Part shown: positions 28,155 through 37,016 of the stretch, piece by piece
Position numbering within the stretch: position 1 is the stretch's first letter
How the letters are laid out: each line of letters begins with the position of its first letter
IMG/VR virus record: IMGVR_UViG_3300045988_152178
DNA: 64,000 nucleotides
Strand: one strand, 5' to 3'
Origin: a virus
The notes under the pieces: model-generated
The model's database searches: none
The model's input: the letters and a program-made list of their open reading frames with translations, nothing else
Told to the model about the DNA's origin: nothing
Translations under genes and position numbers: made by a program

Positions 28155-28688
28155 ATGAAATTGATAACGATTATTGGCCCCTCTGGGGCTGGCAAGGACA
28201 CGGTGGCACTCATGTTGTCTGTCATCCTAGGCTATGATGTGCTCTGTTCCTACACCACCCGTCCGATGCGGGAAGGCGAAGTTGACGGCAAGGAGCATCA
28301 TTTTGTCAAGGAATGCAACGTTCCCAAAAGCGAAATGCTTGCTTATACCCGATACGGAAACTATGAGTATTGGACGGAGAAGAAGCAGGTAGATGGTGCA
28401 GCCATTTACGTCATCGACGAGAAAGGACTGATGGAGCTGATGGAGCGTTACCCGAAGGTTAAGATCATCACCGTTTATGTTTCGGCAAAGCCGGAAACTC
28501 TGAAGAAACGTGGTATCTCCGAGGAACGTACCGACAGAGATCAGTATCGTGTTCAGATTGATGTCAACAGCTACGATTATGTGATACCGAACAACCGCAC
28601 GATGTTCCATCTTTGGGACTACGTTTCTTTCGTAGCCAAGAAGATTAGGGAGCAGGAATTGGGTATACCTAATCATGCTGTAAAGTAA
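28155..28688 (+). CDS. guanylate kinase-like nucleoside monophosphate kinase
   Basis: 177 aa; P-loop GPSGAGKDT and YTTRPMREGEVDGKEHHFV as in guanylate kinases. Confidence 0.7.
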   Translation: MKLITIIGPSGAGKDTVALMLSVILGYDVLCSYTTRPMREGEVDGKEHHFVKECNVPKSEMLAYTRYGNYEYWTEKKQVDGAAIYVIDEKGLMELMERYPKVKIITVYVSAKPETLKKRGISEERTDRDQYRVQIDVNSYDYVIPNNRTMFHLWDYVSFVAKKIREQELGIPNHAVK

Positions 28689-28902
28689 GTTCAAAGTGAA
28701 TATCCAGTACCGTTACAATACAGACTGAGTACAGACTGAGTACAGACTGGGCACAGATAAAATAATGGCAAAAATAACTACCCATTCACCCATCGCGGGT
28801 ATATCAGGCAAGCTGCATAAGATAGGTAACATCTTTGCCTTTGTCTCCAATCGGTATGGCGTGATAGATTTTTAATATATAAAACATCAAATAAGAAACA
28901 AT

Positions 28903-29802
28903 ATGAAAATGATAATTCCTGGTGTTGAGTGGTGGCCTCAGAAGACCGCCGCACAACAGATTGCCCGAGTAGGCAGAATTTGCTACAAGAGCAAAGGTAA
29001 GCAGCCTGATGAGAATCTTTCTGAAGACAAGAAAGGAGCGTTTCTGGAAGAACAGGCAGTAAAGTTGGCCAACCGTTTCTGGGAGAGCGGTCATCGTTCC
29101 ATGTACCGCCATGGCACCCTCTATTTCTTCGTCAAGAACGACAGTAAGCTGCCCAAGCATCTTTGGTCTTTCCTTGTTGCATCGCCTTACATCAATTATG
29201 CAGTGCAGGGAAAAAAAGTCTGGATCAGCAGCAATATGCAGTTCCTATGCGAGCATGGCAACATACTCGAAATGCTGTCCCCATTCAATGTGAAGGAAGC
29301 CGAGTTTATCGAGAAGGCGCTGAAATATGATTTCAAGGAAGCACTCAATCTCCTCCGTATGACGCTTGTCGTTACTACGCAGATCAGTACTAGCCGTGAG
29401 CTGAACCGAACATCGCCTAATTGCATCAGCGAGCAGAGCACACGCTATGTGAACCTGGAGAAGAAAGGTGGCGTTCAGATTGCCCGTCCGCACTGGCTGC
29501 ACGAGGGCACGAAATGGCAGAAGTTCCTCTATCTCACCGGCTGTAAGATTTCCGACTGGCTCTATCGCCGATTACTGAAATCGGGCATGAAGCCGCAGGA
29601 TGCCCGCGGCATTCTCCCTCTCGATACCTATACGGTGGTAGCCTATACTTACACCATCACCGAGTGGCAGCATATCTTAGACCTTCGCTTCCGTGAAACC
29701 ACCGGCAAGGCGCATCCTAATGCCAAGGAGATAGGTTTCGAGATCAACCGCATCATCACGGAGAGATTAATGTTCGAGGCTCAAAAGAAATCTTTTAGAT
29801 AA
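28903..29802 (+). CDS. divergent ThyX-like (flavin-dependent thymidylate synthase family) protein
   Basis: 299 aa; ESGHRSMYRHGTLYFFV, RELNRTSPNCISEQSTRYV (ThyX RHRxxSxxxxSxRY motif with RHR replaced by RTS) and EWQHILDLRFRE. Confidence 0.5.
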   Translation: MKMIIPGVEWWPQKTAAQQIARVGRICYKSKGKQPDENLSEDKKGAFLEEQAVKLANRFWESGHRSMYRHGTLYFFVKNDSKLPKHLWSFLVASPYINYAVQGKKVWISSNMQFLCEHGNILEMLSPFNVKEAEFIEKALKYDFKEALNLLRMTLVVTTQISTSRELNRTSPNCISEQSTRYVNLEKKGGVQIARPHWLHEGTKWQKFLYLTGCKISDWLYRRLLKSGMKPQDARGILPLDTYTVVAYTYTITEWQHILDLRFRETTGKAHPNAKEIGFEINRIITERLMFEAQKKSFR

Positions 29803-29803
29803 G

Positions 29804-29833
29804 CCTCCGTTCCCAGCGATTCCATCGCTGGTC
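29804..29833 (+). repeat. hairpin repeat copy 3
   Basis: CCTCCGTTCCCAGCGATTCCATCGCTGGTC, 1 nt after stop of ThyX-like gene. Confidence 0.85.
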
Positions 29834-29859
29834 CAATAACAAATAAAGAAGAAAAAATT

Positions 29860-30249
29860 ATGGCAAAAATGACTTTAAACGAATATCAGCAGAAGGCAAT
29901 GACAACCTGCCTTCCTGAGAGTAATAACCTCTTTTATATGCTCGCCAACCTCTGTGGCGAAGTAGGCGAATTTGCAAGCAAGGCTGGCAAGCACATGCGC
30001 AAGGGCAAGCTCCATATCACCACCACCGAACGTGATGAGGATGGCAAAATCTGCCACACCCAAATCTGGAACGTAACCGATGAAGAGCGCAAGCTGATGC
30101 TTTCCGAAATCGGCGATATTCTTTGGCAGACCGCAGGACTTGCCCACGTGATGGGTGTAAGCCTCGAAGAAGTAGCCGAGGAGAACCTGGCAAAACTAGC
30201 AAGCCGCCAGCAGCGCCACGTGATAGCCGGTGATGGCGATGAGCGATAA
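29860..30249 (+). CDS. MazG-like nucleotide pyrophosphohydrolase
   Basis: 129 aa; LNEYQQKAMTT, LCGEVGEFASKAGK and EIGDILWQTAGLAHVMGVSLEEVAEENLAKL. Confidence 0.7.
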   Translation: MAKMTLNEYQQKAMTTCLPESNNLFYMLANLCGEVGEFASKAGKHMRKGKLHITTTERDEDGKICHTQIWNVTDEERKLMLSEIGDILWQTAGLAHVMGVSLEEVAEENLAKLASRQQRHVIAGDGDER

Positions 30250-30330
30250 GATAATTGCCCAATAAGGGTGATTATGATTAATAGAGTATTTTGCCAATCA
30301 ATGCTTGGCAATAAAAAGCAATAAAAAGCA

Positions 30331-31305
30331 ATGGGAACAAAAAACAAAAAACAACAGCAGCAAGTGATGGCCAAGCGTGAGGCGCAAATCAGAAACCTCC
30401 CTACCATCTATACCTTCAACTTCAAGGATGTGCCGTCAGAGAAATATGCCTCTGCCCTGGACCGCCTTTTCTCCAACCCCGATTTCGCTGAAGCCGTGCA
30501 AAACCGCAATGAACTGGTCCGTGCAGCCAGCCGCGTTCCGCAGAACTCACCACAGATGGCATCACTCATCCGTGCCATTCAGGAGAAAGATAAGAAGCTG
30601 GCGATGAATATGTACTCCCTACTCGTGCAGGTAAATGTGCGAAGTGATGAAAATTACGATTTCCTCAACTTCGGTCAGTTGCTCCGCTACTATGTAGATT
30701 ACAGCAAGCCTGGAATGCAGGAGACTGTTGACCAGCTTGCCCTTAATCTCGATAAGGTTACTTTCCTCACAGATACCCTGGAGAGTATCGTGGTAGATGT
30801 GAAGTCGTATATGACAACCATCTTTAATGGCAGTGTTGAGTTCAATCAGTTTGACGGTGTGCTGCAGGTATTGAAGCAGATGCAGGGTTTCTTCAATTTC
30901 GCAAGAACCAAGGATATTGACAGCAAGGATAATGACCTCTACTGTGAGTATGCCGACAGCATCAATGCCTATGTAGATAAGCGTATGAAGACCTATTCGA
31001 CCAAGCATCGCAAGCTGCACCCTCAGCTCCCTGGCTTCACCCAGGATCAGATGATAGAAGCCCTCAACCTCTTCTTCGGAGAAAACAAGATGTTTAACGA
31101 GTGCTTCATCGCCAAGACGGAATCAGGTGGCTGCTATATCGACGGCATGAAGCTCATCCCTAATCTCAGCGAGGAGCAGACTGCCAAGCTCGACAAGCTG
31201 GTACCACGCCCAAAGGAAGGCAACAGCATGCAGAAATACTTCCTCTACATTACCGATGCCATTATGCTCTATTATGCCCAGCAGAAAGGCATCGCCTTAA
31301 AATAG
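30331..31305 (+). CDS. hypothetical protein
   Basis: 324 aa, ATG start; no motif recognised. Confidence 0.65.
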   Translation: MGTKNKKQQQQVMAKREAQIRNLPTIYTFNFKDVPSEKYASALDRLFSNPDFAEAVQNRNELVRAASRVPQNSPQMASLIRAIQEKDKKLAMNMYSLLVQVNVRSDENYDFLNFGQLLRYYVDYSKPGMQETVDQLALNLDKVTFLTDTLESIVVDVKSYMTTIFNGSVEFNQFDGVLQVLKQMQGFFNFARTKDIDSKDNDLYCEYADSINAYVDKRMKTYSTKHRKLHPQLPGFTQDQMIEALNLFFGENKMFNECFIAKTESGGCYIDGMKLIPNLSEEQTAKLDKLVPRPKEGNSMQKYFLYITDAIMLYYAQQKGIALK

Positions 31306-31311
31306 CAAAAA

Positions 31312-32043
31312 ATGCCAAATATCTATCTCCGTCTCCCCACCTCCCGCTGCCAGTTTTTCCGGCACCGCGACCCTAAGCTCACCCTTGCAAAGGATGAGCC
31401 GGTAGTGTTCAGTAACTATTCGCACGAGCATTTTATCATGCGCAACTCCCTCATCAACACCCCAGCCCGCAGCAGCCGTATCGACCTCGGCTGTTTCTCC
31501 CAGCAGCAATGGTGCAATATGCTCACGGGCAGGCACCCTTCCGGAGGCAAGGTAATGATGCGCCGTGATGCCGGAAGCTGGCTCACCTTTCAGGAGGTTC
31601 AGCAGCTCAATGGTCGCCTGACCGATGGCAAGGGAGCCAATGATGATTACCTCTGCATCCGACTGCCCAGCGAAGTAGAGATTGTCGATACCGTTTATTC
31701 CGTAAAGCCTACCTTTACACTCGATACGCACGGCATGCGTGCGCTGGCGGTATCACTCAACAACGATTTCAAGCGCAGTCTGGTGGAATGGGCACTATCT
31801 ACCTTCGATTTCTGCACGTCTAAAGGCAGAGTTATCGCCCGTTCTCATAACGCCATGCTGGAGCGGTACTTAATGCGCTACGGCATAGAAGTCAGCGAGG
31901 AAGAGAAAGACGTGTTGCGCCGCATCATCGGCAGGTGGTTCCGCACGGAGCACTGCTTTTTCAAGTCCTATTCCTGCGTGGATATGCAGTATAAAGATAG
32001 CCGTGATAAGTCCAATCGCATCGATGAAGTGCAGTGGTTATGA
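31312..32043 (+). CDS. hypothetical protein
   Basis: 243 aa, ATG 6 nt after previous stop; no motif recognised. Confidence 0.65.
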   Translation: MPNIYLRLPTSRCQFFRHRDPKLTLAKDEPVVFSNYSHEHFIMRNSLINTPARSSRIDLGCFSQQQWCNMLTGRHPSGGKVMMRRDAGSWLTFQEVQQLNGRLTDGKGANDDYLCIRLPSEVEIVDTVYSVKPTFTLDTHGMRALAVSLNNDFKRSLVEWALSTFDFCTSKGRVIARSHNAMLERYLMRYGIEVSEEEKDVLRRIIGRWFRTEHCFFKSYSCVDMQYKDSRDKSNRIDEVQWL

Positions 32044-32117
32044 TTTTACACCTTATATAATAGGTGTTAATTCGTAAGATAACAAATGTTAAATAATAGA
32101 TAAATCAAGGAAACGAT

Positions 32118-32606
32118 ATGAAATTACCCGATAATTGCAGAGAGTTATTTCTTGAGGGAGTAACCGATGCTTATTTTTATGCCGTATGGGACAGTTCCGT
32201 CTCTATTCCGTTCAGCATACCGCTGATATTGCAGATAAACGGATGCAAGTTTGCCGGCGAAGCACTCCATATTGCCACCAGCGAGGGCAATAATTATGTA
32301 ATATCTGATGGCATCACCGCCAAACAGGACTCCTCAGAAGGTGGCAATGGTACCGTCTTCAAGTTCGAGATTACCGCCAATATCCGTGACGGAAAGGAGA
32401 ATATACCCGAAATCATCAAGAATATGCACGGAAAGGACTATTATATAGTCTTGCGCAAGCAGGATGACTCGCTTTATCTCTGCCATACACTGCCTGGCAC
32501 CTTCAATATTACCGATTCCGTAACCAGTCAGAACGATGCAGAGACCCGTAGCATTACGGCTATCTGTCAGGCGATGTCTGAGTTTATTCCGATAACGATT
32601 GCTTAA
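32118..32606 (+). CDS. hypothetical protein
   Basis: 162 aa, ATG start; followed by a terminator-like hairpin. Confidence 0.6.
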   Translation: MKLPDNCRELFLEGVTDAYFYAVWDSSVSIPFSIPLILQINGCKFAGEALHIATSEGNNYVISDGITAKQDSSEGGNGTVFKFEITANIRDGKENIPEIIKNMHGKDYYIVLRKQDDSLYLCHTLPGTFNITDSVTSQNDAETRSITAICQAMSEFIPITIA

Positions 32607-32690
32607 TCAATCATATAAATTTCAGTACTTAATTAACTTCTAGTTTATTTTAGATTATTCATAAATATCTAATGTTAATTTTGTTTGCTG

Positions 32691-32722
32691 CCCTGCAGTC
32701 CGTGAGGAACGCAGGGTTTTTT
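32691..32722 (+). terminator. terminator-like hairpin
   Basis: CCCTGCAGTCC-GTGA-GGAACGCAGGG (imperfect) followed by TTTTTTG. Confidence 0.5.
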
Positions 32723-32763
32723 GTTTTCCCCTAAATCATAGCTATTTCGGCATATAGGCTTAT

Positions 32764-32800
32764 TTTGTCCCTATATGCCCACGCATTTCCATTACCTTTG
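32764..32800 (+). promoter_or_regulatory. phage promoter-like motif P3
   Basis: TTTGTCCCTA-N19-TACCTTTG followed by CCATCAGAA (same tail as P4); upstream of protease/capsid genes. Confidence 0.5.
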
Positions 32801-32904
32801 CCATCAGAAAATATCAATAGTCTTCTAGCATAACAACAAGGTAAGGAGATTTGTTTTCAGGATAACGATAACATACATTAATTTTTAAAATTCTATTACC
32901 CACA

Positions 32905-34557
32905 ATGAAAGGTCTATACGAAATTCTGACCGAGAAGAAGTGGATGATTTCGCCTGACTTTGTTCACGGAATCCGTAAGGCATTGGAGCAAAATCTGAAT
33001 GCGCATGCCATATACGAACGCCCTGCACCTACCTGCGGCTTCGTAACCATGAAGGCTGCCGATGGCTCAATCTTTTACCCCGAGGAATATCAGATTTCCG
33101 AGGATGGCAAAAAGGTTCGCGGCAACTGGATTGTAGATGATGAGGAGGCACAGGACTTTCCGTTTGTATCGGTACTTACCATCGACGGCCCGATTACCCG
33201 TAATGGTGGCGGTTGCTCCTATGGTTCGGTTGACCATCGCAACATGATGATCCGTGCAGCCAACAATTCATTCTGTCGAGGTCACATCTTCATCATCAAT
33301 ACTCCTGGCGGCTCGGCTTGGGCAAAGAACGATTACGAGCAGGCTATCAATTATGCCCGTTCATTAGGTCAGCCAGTCATTGCCTTTATCGACGGCATGT
33401 GTGCCTCGGCTGGTATGTATCTCGCTTCTCTCTGCGATGAGCGTTACTACATGCACCCGAAGGACGAAATCGGCTGCATCGGTGTGATGGCATCCTTCTA
33501 CACGCAGGCTGATGGCAGCAAAAACCAGTTTACTGATGAAACTTATCATGAGTTGTACGACCCTGAGAGTTTCGACAAGAACCGTGAGTTCCGTGATGTT
33601 GCCAATGATGGCGATAGCGAGAAGTTGGTAAAAGAACTTGCTGAGTTAGGTGTGGAGTTCAGAGCTGACGTTAAGAAAGCCTGTCCTAACGCAAAGGATG
33701 AGCATCTGCACGGCAAGGTATTCAATGCCGAAGACGTGAAGGGTATTCTGATGGATGATCAGAGTGACTTCCTCTCTTGCGTCAAGCGCTGCTTTGACCT
33801 TTATAATGGTGTAGCGCAGCCTATCAGCAGAGAGTCGTCTGATGAAGATGAAACTAAGAACAGTCTGAACGAACCATCCGACCATCCGGCACACGACCCT
33901 CAGTTGGAGCCAGACAAGGATTCTTCAGCAAAACAAGAGAATCATCAACATACTATTCATCAAAAATCAATCAATATGGCAAATTATCCAAAGATCAATG
34001 CCGCTTGCGGTATGCAGGATGGTCAGCAGATTGAGGTGAAGGAGGAAGGCGCATTCATGAATGCACCATTGCTCGATACCCTCGAAGCTCATCTTACATC
34101 GCAGGAGCAGGCTGTGGCTGATGCCGAGCAGAAAGCCACCACAGCAGAGCAGAGTCTTGCCAATCTCCAGGCAAAGCACGATGCACTTGCTGAGACCATC
34201 GCCAAGAAGGACGAGGAAATCAAGAATCTGAAAGAGGCAAAGGCTAAGGCAGATGAGGACATCAAAGCCCTCAACGACGCTAAGGCAAAGGCTGATGAGG
34301 AGAAGGCTAAGGTAGATGAGGAGTTGAAGACTGTCCAGGCTTCGCTCGCTACTGCCCAGCAGACCATCGCTGACAAGGACGCTCAGATTGCTGAGTTGAA
34401 CGAGAACCCAGGCGAGGAGCCAGCACAGGGTGCAGCACCTCAGAACAACGGTGAGGGTGCAAAGGCTCAGAACCTCCGTGAGTTCGACCCATCGAAGTAT
34501 AAGACCAATGCTGAGCGCAAGGCAGCTTTCGAGCGTTTCAAGCGAGGCGAGGAGTAA
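32905..34557 (+). CDS. prohead protease (S49/ClpP-type) fused to coiled-coil scaffold-like C-terminus
   Basis: 550 aa; IFIINTPGGSAWA, IAFIDGMCASAGMYLASLCD (S49 serine context); C-terminal Ala/Lys/Glu/Asp coiled coil (KAKADEDIKALNDAKAKADEEKAKVDEE). Confidence 0.75.
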   Translation: MKGLYEILTEKKWMISPDFVHGIRKALEQNLNAHAIYERPAPTCGFVTMKAADGSIFYPEEYQISEDGKKVRGNWIVDDEEAQDFPFVSVLTIDGPITRNGGGCSYGSVDHRNMMIRAANNSFCRGHIFIINTPGGSAWAKNDYEQAINYARSLGQPVIAFIDGMCASAGMYLASLCDERYYMHPKDEIGCIGVMASFYTQADGSKNQFTDETYHELYDPESFDKNREFRDVANDGDSEKLVKELAELGVEFRADVKKACPNAKDEHLHGKVFNAEDVKGILMDDQSDFLSCVKRCFDLYNGVAQPISRESSDEDETKNSLNEPSDHPAHDPQLEPDKDSSAKQENHQHTIHQKSINMANYPKINAACGMQDGQQIEVKEEGAFMNAPLLDTLEAHLTSQEQAVADAEQKATTAEQSLANLQAKHDALAETIAKKDEEIKNLKEAKAKADEDIKALNDAKAKADEEKAKVDEELKTVQASLATAQQTIADKDAQIAELNENPGEEPAQGAAPQNNGEGAKAQNLREFDPSKYKTNAERKAAFERFKRGEE

Positions 34558-34634
34558 GCCCTCCATCATCAGGATAACACTAAGTATTCAGGTTAAAACA
34601 TTCTTATTCATTTTTTAATTATTAGTTGAAAATT

Positions 34635-35930
34635 ATGGCAACACTTCCTAAAGATTTTATCGGCACTACTGCCCTGCAGCACGTAGCCGAGCAGGTAACT
34701 AAGGAAATCCTTATGGGTCCAGGTTACACCGATGCAGAGGAGATGGACCGCTTGGGTATCGACATCGTTTCCGGTGTTCAGTATAAGCGCACTATCCACA
34801 TTCTGCTCCGTAAGGGTGGTACCACCCGTCGTAAGGATGTTCACACTAAGGTGAACAGCGAGGTTGGTTTCTTGAAGGAGCGCACAATTACAGTGAAGCT
34901 CGCTTGGGACCATTACACTGATAACATCGACAAGTATTGTGAAACAGTATTCGGCACAGACGCACAGGGTCAGTACCCTCTCGCTACAGAGGCTGTTACC
35001 GCTATCCTTAGCAACTATGCCGACAACCTTACCGCTTGCTTGTGGAATGGTGACATCAGTCTTGACAAGGGCGACGAGAGTACTCCAGCTTCACAGCAGG
35101 CTATGGCGTTGTATGACGGCTACCATACCTGTGTCAAGCATGACATCGAGGACGGTCTTATCAGCGAGGCTAACGGCAACTTGATTCCTTGCGAGTCAAT
35201 CGCAGAGCCTTCTGACAACAACGACTCTACTCCATACGACAACTTCCTGACATGGCACCTGAAGTGGGATGCCCGTCTGCGCAAGCAGAACGTTCTCGTT
35301 TATATGAGCGAGTTGACAGCCCAGAACATCGCTGCAGGTTACGCTAACAAGTTCCACGGCAACTTCAAGGTTGAGTACGAGGACGGCGGTAACTTCAAGC
35401 TCCCAGGTCTCTCTCGTGTTACTCTCTGCCCTATTGCAGATTTCGGTGAGGGTGATCGCATGTACGTTACCATCCCTAAGAACTTCGTCTATGCAGTTGA
35501 TTCTGAGGGTAACAAGACTTACGTAGGCGTTAAGGTGGGCACCGATGATGATATGCGTGACGTGCAGTTCCAGATTCAGTCAATCCAGGGTGCAGGTATT
35601 CGCAATCCGTTCAAGTACGCCTTTGCGATGTCAGACGGCAACCTTTCAACAGCAGAGTATGTTGCTGGTGATTATATCAATTCTAACCTTGTGGTAACAA
35701 CCGCAATGGAGGATGGTTCTACTGTTACCGACGGTAAGGTGAAGGTAAACGGCGAGGAGTACACAAAGCCAGTAGCCACAACCATTAACCAGGTTATCAC
35801 CTTGGTAGCAGAGGATGGCACAACCGATAAATTTTCTCACTGGAGCAACGGCAGCAAGGAGAAGACTATTCAGACTACCGCTACCGGTATGAGCATGGGC
35901 TTCACCGCCTTCTTCAAGAAGAATGGTTAA
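34635..35930 (+). CDS. major capsid protein (probable) with extra C-terminal beta-rich domain
   Basis: Immediately follows protease-scaffold; ATTATGGCA start (track start 34626 is TTG); 431 aa; followed by hairpin repeat and a GC hairpin. Confidence 0.6.
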   Translation: MATLPKDFIGTTALQHVAEQVTKEILMGPGYTDAEEMDRLGIDIVSGVQYKRTIHILLRKGGTTRRKDVHTKVNSEVGFLKERTITVKLAWDHYTDNIDKYCETVFGTDAQGQYPLATEAVTAILSNYADNLTACLWNGDISLDKGDESTPASQQAMALYDGYHTCVKHDIEDGLISEANGNLIPCESIAEPSDNNDSTPYDNFLTWHLKWDARLRKQNVLVYMSELTAQNIAAGYANKFHGNFKVEYEDGGNFKLPGLSRVTLCPIADFGEGDRMYVTIPKNFVYAVDSEGNKTYVGVKVGTDDDMRDVQFQIQSIQGAGIRNPFKYAFAMSDGNLSTAEYVAGDYINSNLVVTTAMEDGSTVTDGKVKVNGEEYTKPVATTINQVITLVAEDGTTDKFSHWSNGSKEKTIQTTATGMSMGFTAFFKKNG

Positions 35931-35940
35931 TCCTCTCCTG

Positions 35941-35970
35941 CCTCCGTTCCCAGCGATTCCATCGCTGGTC
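35941..35970 (+). repeat. hairpin repeat copy 4
   Basis: CCTCCGTTCCCAGCGATTCCATCGCTGGTC, 10 nt after capsid gene stop. Confidence 0.85.
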
Positions 35971-36001
35971 CAACAGGCAAGGCAGGCCTCTATAAATCCT
36001 C

Positions 36002-36052
36002 GGCGGCGGTCGTCTGACTTGGCGGAATATGGCTTCCGCCGCCATTTCGTTT
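36002..36052 (+). terminator. GC-rich hairpin, possible attenuator after capsid gene
   Basis: GGCGGCGG (36002-36009) pairs with CCGCCGCC (36036-36043), 26-nt loop, then ATTTCGTTT. Confidence 0.35.
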
Positions 36053-36074
36053 AATCATCAAAAAAGATACAATT

Positions 36075-36653
36075 ATGGCAGAAAATGTAACATGCCCAGA
36101 GATCAAAGATATTCTTTCCGAGAACGATTGCTTGGAAAACTTCGGCGGTCTTGGCGTAAACGTATATGTCTTTATCAAGAGTGAGCTTGCTGCTCCTCTC
36201 TCACCAGAGGCAGGTAAGAACACCTATGCAGCGCTGACAGCTGCGTCCTTCAAGAAAGGTAAGGGTCTCTACAAGTTTGAGTGCCAGGATGGCGGTCAGG
36301 GTCACACCTGGGAGAACCTCGGTTTCCAGAAGGGTTTCAAGCAGACCTTGGACTACGTTCTTGAGAGCGTAAACGCCGATACTGCTTATGTGGCTCGTGG
36401 TCTCAATAACCTCAAGTGTGGTTACATCATCGAGGATGGTGATAAATCAATCATCGTTTATGACAAGCAGCACGACTTCAAGTATGATTCCGGTAACATC
36501 AAGGGTGATACAGGTAAGAAGCCAGAAGATGACCGTACAGTCACATTGAGCGGCACCCTTAGCCCTACAACGTATGGCCGCTACGAGATTGCTACCCCAG
36601 AGAGTGGCTGGGATTCTCTCTGTAATGGCGCAGGCACATCGGGGGAAGTGTAA
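36075..36653 (+). CDS. structural protein (possible major tail protein), with candidate -1 frameshift extension to 36766
   Basis: 192 aa, ATTATGGCA start, follows capsid gene. A G5 run at 36641-36645 sits 2 codons before the stop, and the -1 frame stays open to TAA 36764-36766. Confidence 0.6.
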   Translation: MAENVTCPEIKDILSENDCLENFGGLGVNVYVFIKSELAAPLSPEAGKNTYAALTAASFKKGKGLYKFECQDGGQGHTWENLGFQKGFKQTLDYVLESVNADTAYVARGLNNLKCGYIIEDGDKSIIVYDKQHDFKYDSGNIKGDTGKKPEDDRTVTLSGTLSPTTYGRYEIATPESGWDSLCNGAGTSGEV

Positions 36654-36813
36654 GCGGAACTGACAAGAGCGATACCAATTCCGCTTCCCGGCAGTCATCT
36701 AAGCGGAGCAAGCAGGTAGCATCTATCAATGATGAAACCTCTACGCTCGGCGAGAACGATGAATAATCGCTCCCCTATCCAATGCGTTCCATTGGCAATT
36801 TACTCTATAAATC

Positions 36814-36866
36814 AAAGCCTCGGTATTGAGTCTTAGTAAGATAAGGCAAGGTACCGGGGCTTTTTG
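36814..36866 (+). terminator. terminator closing the head gene block
   Basis: AAAGCCTCGGTA (36814-36825) pairs with TACCGGGGCTTT (36852-36863, one G-U), followed by TTG. Confidence 0.55.
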
Positions 36867-37016
36867 CATATAAACTGCATATACCTTTCATTTATCAAAT
36901 ATCTTATTCCATAATTAGATTATTTAATGCAAAATGCGTTTCCGTATAGAATATTTTTCTTATTTTTGCAGCATAAAATTTTAATATATATAGTGTAACT
37001 AAAAGAGTAAAAGATT

